From contig JBEBGD010000001.1 in assembly GCA_040081625.1 (NCBI GenBank), forward strand, positions 96,001 through 160,000: DNA of 64,000 nt. Reading direction: 5' to 3'. How positions within the stretch are numbered: position 1 is the first letter of the stretch; each line of letters opens with the position of its first letter. This document shows positions 9,516 through 17,817 of this stretch, one piece after another. This stretch comes from Chthoniobacteraceae bacterium (GTDB lineage Bacteria; Verrucomicrobiota; Verrucomicrobiia; Chthoniobacterales; Chthoniobacteraceae). The notes under the pieces were generated by a model, which was given only the letters and a program-made list of their open reading frames with translations, had not been told where the DNA came from and made no database searches. The position numbers and the translations under genes are program-made.

Positions 9516-10586
9516 ATGTCACCGTCACTCCGCATCGTCGCCTTTCTCGCGCTCGCCGCCGCTGTGCACGCGGAGTCGCTGCTCGTGCCGCGCGTCGTCG
9601 GCGATTGGCAGCCGCGCGATCCTGCGCTCGCTGTCCAGGAGGTCGCGGAGGTCGAGCCGGGGCACTTCTATTTGTTCCGCGCGCAGACCGATCCAAAGCA
9701 GCCGGGCACGCGCGTGTATCATTCGACCGACGCGAAGGACTTCGGCTTCGCGGGCAAATTCGCGGACGCGCTGCACTTCATCACCGCTTTGCCGCTCGAT
9801 GGTGCAAAGGTCGCGCAGCGGGATGGACAGTGGTTCGTCGTGCAAGGCGAGCGCGCGGCCCGGCTGGAGTGGACGCCCGTCCCGAATCCAGTTACCGCGA
9901 CCTCGCGGAAGCCCGGCATCGCCATCCGCGTCGCGCTCTTCGACGACAGCGGCAGCTTCGGCAAAGGAGTGCCCACGGTTATCGACCAACTCTCGAAGGC
10001 GAAGGACATCGAGGTGGCCAAGCTCGACGGCGACGGCATCCGCGCAGGGTTGAGCGGCTACGATGTGGTGATCTTCACCGGCGGCAGCGGCGGGAAGCAG
10101 GCGAACACCATCGGCCTGCTCGGGCGCGAGCAGGTGCGGCGATTTGTCGAGGCGGGCGGCGGTTACATCGGGATCTGCGCGGGTGCGTATCTCGCGTGCG
10201 ATGGCTTCTCGTGGGGCGTGAAGGTGCTCGACGCGAAAACGCCATCATCGAAGTGGGCGCGCGGGACCGCGGATCTGGAGATCGAGGCGAACGATGCGGG
10301 GCAGAAAGCGCTCGGTCTTCAGCGGACGAGCACGATCCGCTACGTGAACGGTCCGGTGCTTACGCCCGCAAACAACCCGGCGATCCCGGACTACGAGCCG
10401 CTCGTCTTTTTCCGCACCGAGACGGCGAAGAACGGCAGCCTCGTGGGCGCGCAGATCGACACGCCCGCGATGGCACGCGGTGCCTGCGGAAAGGGACGCG
10501 TGATCGTGAGCAGCCCGCACCCCGAGCAGACTGCCGGGATGGAGCGCTGGACCGAGCACGCGGTGCGGGCCGTGGCACCGCGCTGA
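9516..10586 (+). CDS. Secreted protein with C-terminal BPL_N / class I glutamine amidotransferase-like domain
   Basis: Signal peptide; YDVVIFTGG, GGGYIGICAGAYLA (nucleophile Cys), SPHPE. Confidence 0.75.
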   Translation: MSPSLRIVAFLALAAAVHAESLLVPRVVGDWQPRDPALAVQEVAEVEPGHFYLFRAQTDPKQPGTRVYHSTDAKDFGFAGKFADALHFITALPLDGAKVAQRDGQWFVVQGERAARLEWTPVPNPVTATSRKPGIAIRVALFDDSGSFGKGVPTVIDQLSKAKDIEVAKLDGDGIRAGLSGYDVVIFTGGSGGKQANTIGLLGREQVRRFVEAGGGYIGICAGAYLACDGFSWGVKVLDAKTPSSKWARGTADLEIEANDAGQKALGLQRTSTIRYVNGPVLTPANNPAIPDYEPLVFFRTETAKNGSLVGAQIDTPAMARGACGKGRVIVSSPHPEQTAGMERWTEHAVRAVAPR

Positions 10587-10589
10587 CGC

Positions 10590-11450
10590 TCACCGTGCCT
10601 TCGCGGTGCTGCGGTAATCCGAGGGCCGGCAGCCGGTGAAGCGTTTGAAGTTGTGCGAAAAGGTGAAGAGGCTCGCGTAGCCGACGGCGCGCGCGATGGC
10701 CTCCACCTTGTCCTGAGTGGTGGTGAGCAGCGTGGCGGCGCATTGCAGGCGCAGCCAGGCGACGTGCTGCACGGGAGTCCGCCCGAGAGATTGCTGGCAG
10801 AGACGGCGGAAATGTTTCGCGCTCATGCCGGACTGCGCGGCGAGCTTGGCCAGCGACCAGTCGGCGGCGAGATTCTGCATCACCGCCTGCCACACCTCGC
10901 GCAGGCGGTCATCCGTGCGCCACGGCGCGGCGAAAGTTCGCGCGTAGTGCTGGATGAGATCGGTCCACATTTGAATCGCGGCGGGCGAAGCGGTCCCGCT
11001 GGCTTCCGCGTGCAGGCCTTCGATCGCGGCGGTCAGCGGGGCGCCGTCGAAGGCCGCCAGCACGGGCGCGCGCGCGTTCACGATGGGCAGCGTCCCGTCC
11101 GGTTCCTGGTAGCGCACCCACGCGATGCGCCACGCCTTGCGCGGCACCGCGCGATAAGCGTGAAACGCGTGCGGCGGCGCGAGGCACGCCATGCCCGCGC
11201 GCATCGGACGCCATTCGCTTTCCAGCCACACGCGGCCCTCGCCGTGCGTGCAGGCCATCACGAATGTGCCGCTCAGATCGGGCCGCTTCACGCTGTAAGG
11301 ATGCGTCACCACCGCCACGCCGACGTGAACGATCCCATGCCGTGCGAGCGACGCGCAGACCGGCGCGTCCGCCAGCCAGTCGCGCGCATCCGCCTCGCTC
11401 GCGCGCACCACGCGCTCGGTCGATTCGGATAAATGGATGTCCCTTTTCAT
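10590..11450 (-). CDS. AraC-family transcriptional regulator
   Basis: C-terminal double HTH ([19 protein letters not shown] ... [29 protein letters not shown]) and N-terminal cupin-like region. Confidence 0.9.
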   Translation of the reverse strand: MKRDIHLSESTERVVRASEADARDWLADAPVCASLARHGIVHVGVAVVTHPYSVKRPDLSGTFVMACTHGEGRVWLESEWRPMRAGMACLAPPHAFHAYRAVPRKAWRIAWVRYQEPDGTLPIVNARAPVLAAFDGAPLTAAIEGLHAEASGTASPAAIQMWTDLIQHYARTFAAPWRTDDRLREVWQAVMQNLAADWSLAKLAAQSGMSAKHFRRLCQQSLGRTPVQHVAWLRLQCAATLLTTTQDKVEAIARAVGYASLFTFSHNFKRFTGCRPSDYRSTAKAR

Positions 11451-11506
11451 GGCTCGGTGTTTGTTCGTGGCGGTGCGGCTGCGGGGTAACATCACAACCA
11501 TCCGCA

Positions 11507-12358
11507 ATGCAACCCACCGACACACCATCGCTCCGTGCTACGATCCTCCAACGCCTGCGCGACAAAGTCGAACGCGGCCAGCCCATCATCGGCGCGGGCG
11601 CGGGCACCGGCCTCTCCGCGAAGTGCGAGGAGGCGGGCGGCGTGGATCTCATCGTGATCTATAATTCCGGCCGCTTCCGCATGGCCGGTCGCGGATCCCT
11701 CGCGGGCCTGCTCGCGTATGGCAACGCGAACGAAATCGTGAAGGACATGGCGCGCGAAGTCCTCACCGCCGTGAAGCACACGCCAGTGCTCGCCGGCGTG
11801 AACGGCACCGACCCGTTCCTGCTGCGCGACCATTTTCTGCGCGAGTTGAAGGCGCTCGGCTTCGCGGGCATCCAGAATTTTCCGACCGTCGGCCTCATCG
11901 ACGGCAGCTTCCGCGCGAACCTCGAAGAGACCGGCATGAGTTATCAGCTCGAAGTGGAAACGATCGCCGCCGCGCGCGCGATGGACCTGCTCACGACGCC
12001 TTACGTTTTCAACACGGACGAGGCGCGGCGAATGACCGAAGCCGGCGCCGACATCATCGTCGCGCACATGGGCCTCACCACCGGCGGGAACATCGGGGCA
12101 GAGACCGCGAAGACGCTCGAAGATTGCGCGCACGAAGTGCAGGCGATCGCCGACGCCGCGAAGTCGCTGCGCCCCGAGGCGCTCGTCCTCTGCCACGGCG
12201 GCCCCATCGCCACGCCGAAGGACGCGCAGTTCATCCTCGATCGCTGCCGCGGTGTGGATGGCTTCTACGGCGCGAGTTCGATGGAGCGCCTGCCGACGGA
12301 AATGGCGCTGACCGCCGAGGTGCGGCAGTTCGCTGCGCTGCGCCTGCAAAACCACTAA
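11507..12358 (+). CDS. Phosphoenolpyruvate hydrolase-like TIM-barrel protein
   Basis: [56 protein letters not shown]. Confidence 0.9.
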   Translation: MQPTDTPSLRATILQRLRDKVERGQPIIGAGAGTGLSAKCEEAGGVDLIVIYNSGRFRMAGRGSLAGLLAYGNANEIVKDMAREVLTAVKHTPVLAGVNGTDPFLLRDHFLRELKALGFAGIQNFPTVGLIDGSFRANLEETGMSYQLEVETIAAARAMDLLTTPYVFNTDEARRMTEAGADIIVAHMGLTTGGNIGAETAKTLEDCAHEVQAIADAAKSLRPEALVLCHGGPIATPKDAQFILDRCRGVDGFYGASSMERLPTEMALTAEVRQFAALRLQNH

Positions 12359-12363
12359 CCGCC

Positions 12364-15300
12364 ATGACTTCGCGAATCGCATTTCTTCTCAGCCTGTTTG
12401 CAGCCACTCAGCTTGCTCGTGCGGTCGAGCCTTGGGCGGATGCCGCGCTCCCGGTCAAAGGCGGCATCGCGTTGTGGCTCGATACAGCGGCGCAGAAGGC
12501 GGGACGCGCCACGCTCGGCCTGCCCGCGGCGGATTCGCGGCAGACCGATGTGTGGCTCGACGGCTCCGGCCACGCGCGCCATGCGCGTCAGCCGGTCGCG
12601 GAGCGTCGCCCGGTGATGGAAAGCGGCGCGCTGCGTTTCGATGGAGTGGACGACTTTCTTTTCGCGGATGGTTTGACGAAGGCGGACGCGGCGACGGTCT
12701 TCATCGTCGCCGCGGCCCGCACGAACGCGGGCCAATTTCGCGCGCTAGCTTCGTTTCATCCACTTGGCCGCAACGACTACTCGCGCGGCTTGAACATCGA
12801 TCTCGGCGCCGCACCGACGAGCACGCTGGACTGCGTGAACATCGAAGGCGCCGGTGCGCGCGGTCAGCGGAACCTGCTCGGCACACGCTTCGACTTCGGC
12901 ACGTGGCATGTCTTCGCGATCCGCGCGGATGCCGCGGACGTGCAGCTCTCCGTGGATGGGAAACGCGAAGGCACGCGCGCACGGCAACCCGGCGCGATGC
13001 AGTTCGACGAGGTGCTCATCGGTGCGCGCTGCTACTCGAACGAAGGGCTGCCACCACGCGCGCAGGGATTCTTCGACGGCCACATCGCGGAAGTCATCGC
13101 GTTCGACCGCGCGGTCAGCGGCGACGAGCAGGCGAAAGTCGAGCGCTATCTCATCGCGAAGCACGCGCAGCACGCCACGAAACCCATCGGGGGCACGAAA
13201 CCGCTGCAACCGGTCGCGAATCCGCCGCCCGTGCAGATGCTCGTGCCGGGCTTCGAGGTGAAGGAAGCGCCTCTCAAGCTGCCGAACATCAACAACCTCC
13301 GCTACCGCCCCGACGGCAAACTCGTCGCGCTCGGCTACGACGGCCGCATCCATCTGCTCAGCGACACGGACGGCGATGGAATCGAGGACAAGGCTGCGCT
13401 GTTTTGGGAGAAGGACACGCTGCGCGGGCCGATCGGGATGGCGCTGACGCCTCCGGGCTACACACGCGGCCAGGGCGTCTTCGTCGCGTCGAACGGCAAG
13501 CTCGCGCTCATCGTGGACACGAACGGCGACGACCGCGCCGACGAGGAGATCGTGGTCGCGAGTGGGTGGACGGAACTCTCGCACCGCGTCGATGCGCTCG
13601 GCGTGGCGGTGGCGGCGGACGGCAGCATCTATTTCGGCCTCGGTGCGGCCAACTTCACCAACGCCTACCTGCTCGATCCGCAGGGCAAGGCGAACTACGA
13701 CGTGCGTTCCGAGCGTGGCACGATCCTCAAGGTGTCGCCCGACTTCTCGAAGCGCGATGTCGTCTGCACCGGCATTCGTTTTCCCGTCGGCCTCGTGTTC
13801 AACTCGCGCGGCGATTTGTTCTGCACCGACCAGGAAGGCGCGACGTGGCTGCCGAATGGGAACCCGTTCGACGAGTTGCTGCACATCGAGCCGGCGAGGC
13901 ACTACGGCTTCCCGCCGCGACATCCGCAACACCTGACGGGTGTGATCGACGAGCCGAGCGTTTTCGACTTCGCGCCGCAGCACCAAAGTGCGTGCGGATT
14001 TTTCTTCAACGAAGGCGCGCGCACGTTCGGCCCCGAGTGGTGGAAGGGCGATGCATTGGTCTGCGGCGAGTCGCGCGGGAAGCTCTGGCGCGTGAAGCTC
14101 GCGAAGACGCGCGCGGGCTACGTCGCGCAGTCGCAACTCGTGGCGTGTCTCGCGTCGCTGCCGGTCGATGCGGCGCTGTCACCGCGCGGCGATCTCGTGG
14201 TGGCATCGCACAGCGGCGCGCCGGATTGGGGCAGCGGGCCGCGCGGCGAAGGGCGGCTCTTTCACGTCCGCCGCGCGGACGCGGAAGCGCCGCTACCGGT
14301 GCTCGCGTGGGCCGCATCGCCGTCGGAGATTCGCGTCGCGTTCGATCGTCCGCTGAAGCCGGAGCAGCTCCGCGATTTCAGCGCGCGCGCCGATGCGACC
14401 GATGGGCGCCATGTGTTCGCCGCGGATCGTTACGAGTCGCTGCGTCCGGGTTATCAAGTGGTGAGGGATCAACTTGCCGCGCCGCGCTTCGGCGTGCCGA
14501 TCCTCGGAACCAGCCTTTCGCAAGACGGACGCACGCTCACGATCCGCACCGCGCCGCGCACGTCTGCGCTCAACTGCGCGCTGACGCTGCCGGCTGGCGG
14601 CGAAGTGGACATCGCGAGCGATCTCTCCGGGCTCGCTGCGGAGTGGAGCGGACGTGACGGCGCGAAATGGAACGGCTGGCTGCCGCACATCGACACGGAT
14701 GCTGCGCGCGAGTTCACCACAGCGAGCGCGGAGCACGATGCGCTGTGGCGAATGATGGCGGGCGAAGGCCGGCTCACGTTGCGCGGTCAGTTCGATCTCG
14801 CGCAAATGCTGCGGCCCGCCGTGCAGTCCGGCGCGCAACTCGGATACAACTACGCGCCGGAGACGGTGAGCGTGGTCTTCAGCGCCCGCGCGTCGTTTCA
14901 CGCGACGCTCGCGGGCAAACGCATCGAGTCCGTGCCGAAGGATGGACGACATGAGGCGCGCATCGAGGCTCCGAAGGAAAGCGCGTGGGTGCCGTTCGAG
15001 ATCGAATCCAACGCCGCTGCGCCGGAAGTCAGCGCGCACTGGTTCACCGCGGAAGACAGCCGGCCTCGCGCGTTCGCGCTGCGGCGAATCCTCGTGCCGT
15101 GGGCGTGTCCCGCAGACTCGCCCGCGGTGAGCGTGACCGAAGTCGAGCGCGACATCCCGGAAATCCGCGGCGGCAACTGGCTGCGCGGGAAGGCGCTATT
15201 TTCCGGCAAGGCGCTGTGCGCATCGTGCCACGTCATGCACGGCGCCGGCGGCAAGGCCGGGCCGGATCTCTCGAACCTCGCGCACCGCGATTACGCGAGT

Positions 15301-16350
15301 GTGCTCAAGGACATCGTCGAGCCGAGTGCGGCGTTGAATCCCGATCATCCGGGCTACAGCGTCGAGTTAAACGACGGCACCGCGTTCGCCGGTGTGATGC
15401 ACGGCGAGAAAGACGGCGTGCTGCGCTTCGCTGACATCACCGGCCCGCGCGAAGTCCCGCGCGCGAAGCTCAAGCACATGGAGGCGCTGCCGGTTTCGCT
15501 AATGCCGCCAGGATTGCTCGCGGCCTTGAGCGCCGACGAACAGCGCGACTTGCTGACGTTTCTGCTCCAGCCGCCCTTCGAGCCTGCGCCGATTGAGCGC
15601 GCGGACCCGCCGCCTCCGCGCAAGCGCGCGGAGATCGAGCCGCTGCTCGCGCCGTCGCCGGACGCTTTACCCTTTCACATCGTGCTCTGCGCAGGGCCGA
15701 AGGATCACGGCCCCGGCGAACACGACTATCCGCTTTGGCAGAGACGATGGGCGCGCCTGCTCGCGATGGCCGATGGCGTGACCGTGAGCACTGCATGGAA
15801 GTGGCCCAGCGACGAGCAGTGGCAGAAGGCGAACGCGATCGTCTTCTACTCGAACAACCCCTCGTGGAACGCGCAGACTGCGCCGCAACTCGACGCCTTC
15901 CTCGCGCGCGGCGGCGGCGTGGCGTTCTTTCATTACGCGGTCGATGGACACAAGGACGTGGGGTTGCTCGCTGGGCGCATCGGTCTCGCGTGGCGCGGGG
16001 GCGGATCGAAGTTCCGGCACGGCGCGCTCGACCTCGCGCTGCACCCGCACGCGCTCAGCGCGGGCCTGCCGGGCGTTAAGTTGATCGACGAAAGTTACTG
16101 GCAGCTCGTTGGCGACGCGGGCGCGATTCAATTGATCGCGAGCGGCACGGAAGAAGGACGCCCGCAGCCGTTGCTCTGGACGAAGGAACAAGGCGGCGGT
16201 CGCATCTTCGTCAGCATCCCCGGCCACTACTCGTGGACGTTCGACGATCCGCTGTTTCGCCTGCTCGCGTTTCGCGGCATTTGCTGGGCAGCCGGTCAGC
16301 CGATGGATCGGCTGGCTCCGCTCGTGATGGTCGGCGCGCGAGTGGACTAA
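12364..16350 (+). CDS. Secreted multidomain protein: LamG-like + sugar-dehydrogenase-type propeller + cytochrome c + ThuA-like
   Basis: Signal peptide; FDGVDD and GHIAEVIAFDRA (LamG-like); DTDGDG/DTNGDD propeller loops; heme motif CASCH with GPDLS and SLMPPGL; C-terminal KDHGPGEHDY, DESYW and SIPGH (ThuA-like). Confidence 0.8.
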   Translation: MTSRIAFLLSLFAATQLARAVEPWADAALPVKGGIALWLDTAAQKAGRATLGLPAADSRQTDVWLDGSGHARHARQPVAERRPVMESGALRFDGVDDFLFADGLTKADAATVFIVAAARTNAGQFRALASFHPLGRNDYSRGLNIDLGAAPTSTLDCVNIEGAGARGQRNLLGTRFDFGTWHVFAIRADAADVQLSVDGKREGTRARQPGAMQFDEVLIGARCYSNEGLPPRAQGFFDGHIAEVIAFDRAVSGDEQAKVERYLIAKHAQHATKPIGGTKPLQPVANPPPVQMLVPGFEVKEAPLKLPNINNLRYRPDGKLVALGYDGRIHLLSDTDGDGIEDKAALFWEKDTLRGPIGMALTPPGYTRGQGVFVASNGKLALIVDTNGDDRADEEIVVASGWTELSHRVDALGVAVAADGSIYFGLGAANFTNAYLLDPQGKANYDVRSERGTILKVSPDFSKRDVVCTGIRFPVGLVFNSRGDLFCTDQEGATWLPNGNPFDELLHIEPARHYGFPPRHPQHLTGVIDEPSVFDFAPQHQSACGFFFNEGARTFGPEWWKGDALVCGESRGKLWRVKLAKTRAGYVAQSQLVACLASLPVDAALSPRGDLVVASHSGAPDWGSGPRGEGRLFHVRRADAEAPLPVLAWAASPSEIRVAFDRPLKPEQLRDFSARADATDGRHVFAADRYESLRPGYQVVRDQLAAPRFGVPILGTSLSQDGRTLTIRTAPRTSALNCALTLPAGGEVDIASDLSGLAAEWSGRDGAKWNGWLPHIDTDAAREFTTASAEHDALWRMMAGEGRLTLRGQFDLAQMLRPAVQSGAQLGYNYAPETVSVVFSARASFHATLAGKRIESVPKDGRHEARIEAPKESAWVPFEIESNAAAPEVSAHWFTAEDSRPRAFALRRILVPWACPADSPAVSVTEVERDIPEIRGGNWLRGKALFSGKALCASCHVMHGAGGKAGPDLSNLAHRDYASVLKDIVEPSAALNPDHPGYSVELNDGTAFAGVMHGEKDGVLRFADITGPREVPRAKLKHMEALPVSLMPPGLLAALSADEQRDLLTFLLQPPFEPAPIERADPPPPRKRAEIEPLLAPSPDALPFHIVLCAGPKDHGPGEHDYPLWQRRWARLLAMADGVTVSTAWKWPSDEQWQKANAIVFYSNNPSWNAQTAPQLDAFLARGGGVAFFHYAVDGHKDVGLLAGRIGLAWRGGGSKFRHGALDLALHPHALSAGLPGVKLIDESYWQLVGDAGAIQLIASGTEEGRPQPLLWTKEQGGGRIFVSIPGHYSWTFDDPLFRLLAFRGICWAAGQPMDRLAPLVMVGARVD

Positions 16351-17660
16351 ATCAGCTCGTAAAGCCCCGGCACCGCGACGGGCGCGACCGGCAGCTTCAT
16401 GTCCCACGTGAGATCTTTCGGGAAGAGATCCTCCTTCGAGGTCATGGCCTGCTCCCATGTCACTTCCTTGCCGGAGTAAGCGGCCATGCGCGCCATGATC
16501 GCCATGAGCGTCGTCTTGGTGAAACGATCGCTCGTGTTGATCGGCTGGCCCGAGCGGATGGACGCATACATCTCGTCGTGCTCGGTTTGGTAGCCATTGT
16601 CCGGGAAGCCCTCGGGCGCCTTGTAACGCCACGGGGTGTCGCTCTTGACGATGACGTGTTTCTTGCTGCCGCTCTCGCCTTGATACACGCCCTTGGAGCC
16701 GACGATCTCGTCGGTGTTCGCGTTGTAGCAGCGGCCGATCTGGCGGGTGAAGTGGTAGCCTTTCACGCCGTTCTCCCACGTGAACTCCGCGCCGAAGTGG
16801 TCGTAGATGTTGCCGTATTCACCGCCCGGTTCGCCGGGCCGCGCCTGCCGTCCGCCGACGCACACGCACGAGACCGGCGGCTCGTCTTTCATCGCCCAGA
16901 GCATCTTGTCGATGCTGTGCACGGCTTGCTCGACGATGTGATCGCCGCCGAGCCAGGTGAAGTAATACCAGCGCCGGATCTGCCACTCGAGATCGGTCTT
17001 CGTGTTCGTGCGATTCCACTTCGGATATCGATCGACCGAGCCCGTGTAGTAGCTCGAGTAGATCGTGCGGATGTCGCCGATCGCGCCGTTGTGAATCTTC
17101 TCGTAAGCCTCGCGATTTGCCTTCGTCCAGCGCCACACGAAGCCATCGACCAGCGCGAGGTTCTTCGCCTTCGCCATCTTCGCGCTCTCGATCACCGAGC
17201 GCACGCCGGCGGCATCGACCGCCATCGGCTTCTCGGCAAAGACATGCTTGCCCGCCTCGACCGCGGCGCGGATGTGCTGCGGGCGGAAGCCGGGCGACGT
17301 GGTGAGAATAACGACGTCTACGCCGCTATCGATGACCTTCTTGTAAGCATCGATGCCGGTGAACTTGCGTTTGTCGTTCACATTCAGTTTGTCCGGCTTG
17401 TCCTTGAACGTGGCATTCAAGCCTTCGAGAGCGGTGTCGATTTTGTCGCCGAAGACATCGCCCATCGCCCACAGTTCGATGTTGCTGTCGCCTTGCAGCG
17501 CCTGCGCCGCCGCGCCCGTGCCGCGCCCGCCGCAGCCGATGAAGCCGACCTTGATCTTGTCCTTCGTGAGGTCAGCGGCGGGCGTGAGCGTCGGCAAGCC
17601 GACGGCTGCTGCTGCTGCGGTGGTTTTGAGGAAGTCGCGACGGGATGGAGTGGGAGTCAT
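16347..17660 (-). CDS. Tat-exported Gfo/Idh/MocA oxidoreductase
   Basis: SRRDFLK signal; GFIGCGGRG; HVFAEKP; VEQAVHSID. Confidence 0.9.
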   Translation of the reverse strand: MTPTPSRRDFLKTTAAAAAVGLPTLTPAADLTKDKIKVGFIGCGGRGTGAAAQALQGDSNIELWAMGDVFGDKIDTALEGLNATFKDKPDKLNVNDKRKFTGIDAYKKVIDSGVDVVILTTSPGFRPQHIRAAVEAGKHVFAEKPMAVDAAGVRSVIESAKMAKAKNLALVDGFVWRWTKANREAYEKIHNGAIGDIRTIYSSYYTGSVDRYPKWNRTNTKTDLEWQIRRWYYFTWLGGDHIVEQAVHSIDKMLWAMKDEPPVSCVCVGGRQARPGEPGGEYGNIYDHFGAEFTWENGVKGYHFTRQIGRCYNANTDEIVGSKGVYQGESGSKKHVIVKSDTPWRYKAPEGFPDNGYQTEHDEMYASIRSGQPINTSDRFTKTTLMAIMARMAAYSGKEVTWEQAMTSKEDLFPKDLTWDMKLPVAPVAVPGLYELI

Positions 17661-17817
17661 GATGGGTGAGAGGTTGCCGTGGCTGACAGTAAGCCGCGGG
17701 TCCCGAGATTCTTTGAACGCGGGCCTGTCCGGCGAGAGAAAAATCGTCCCCAGCGTCAGCCGCACGCGGCATCAAAGCTTCCGGCCCGCCGCCGATTGCA
17801 GTAAGCACACCAACGCC

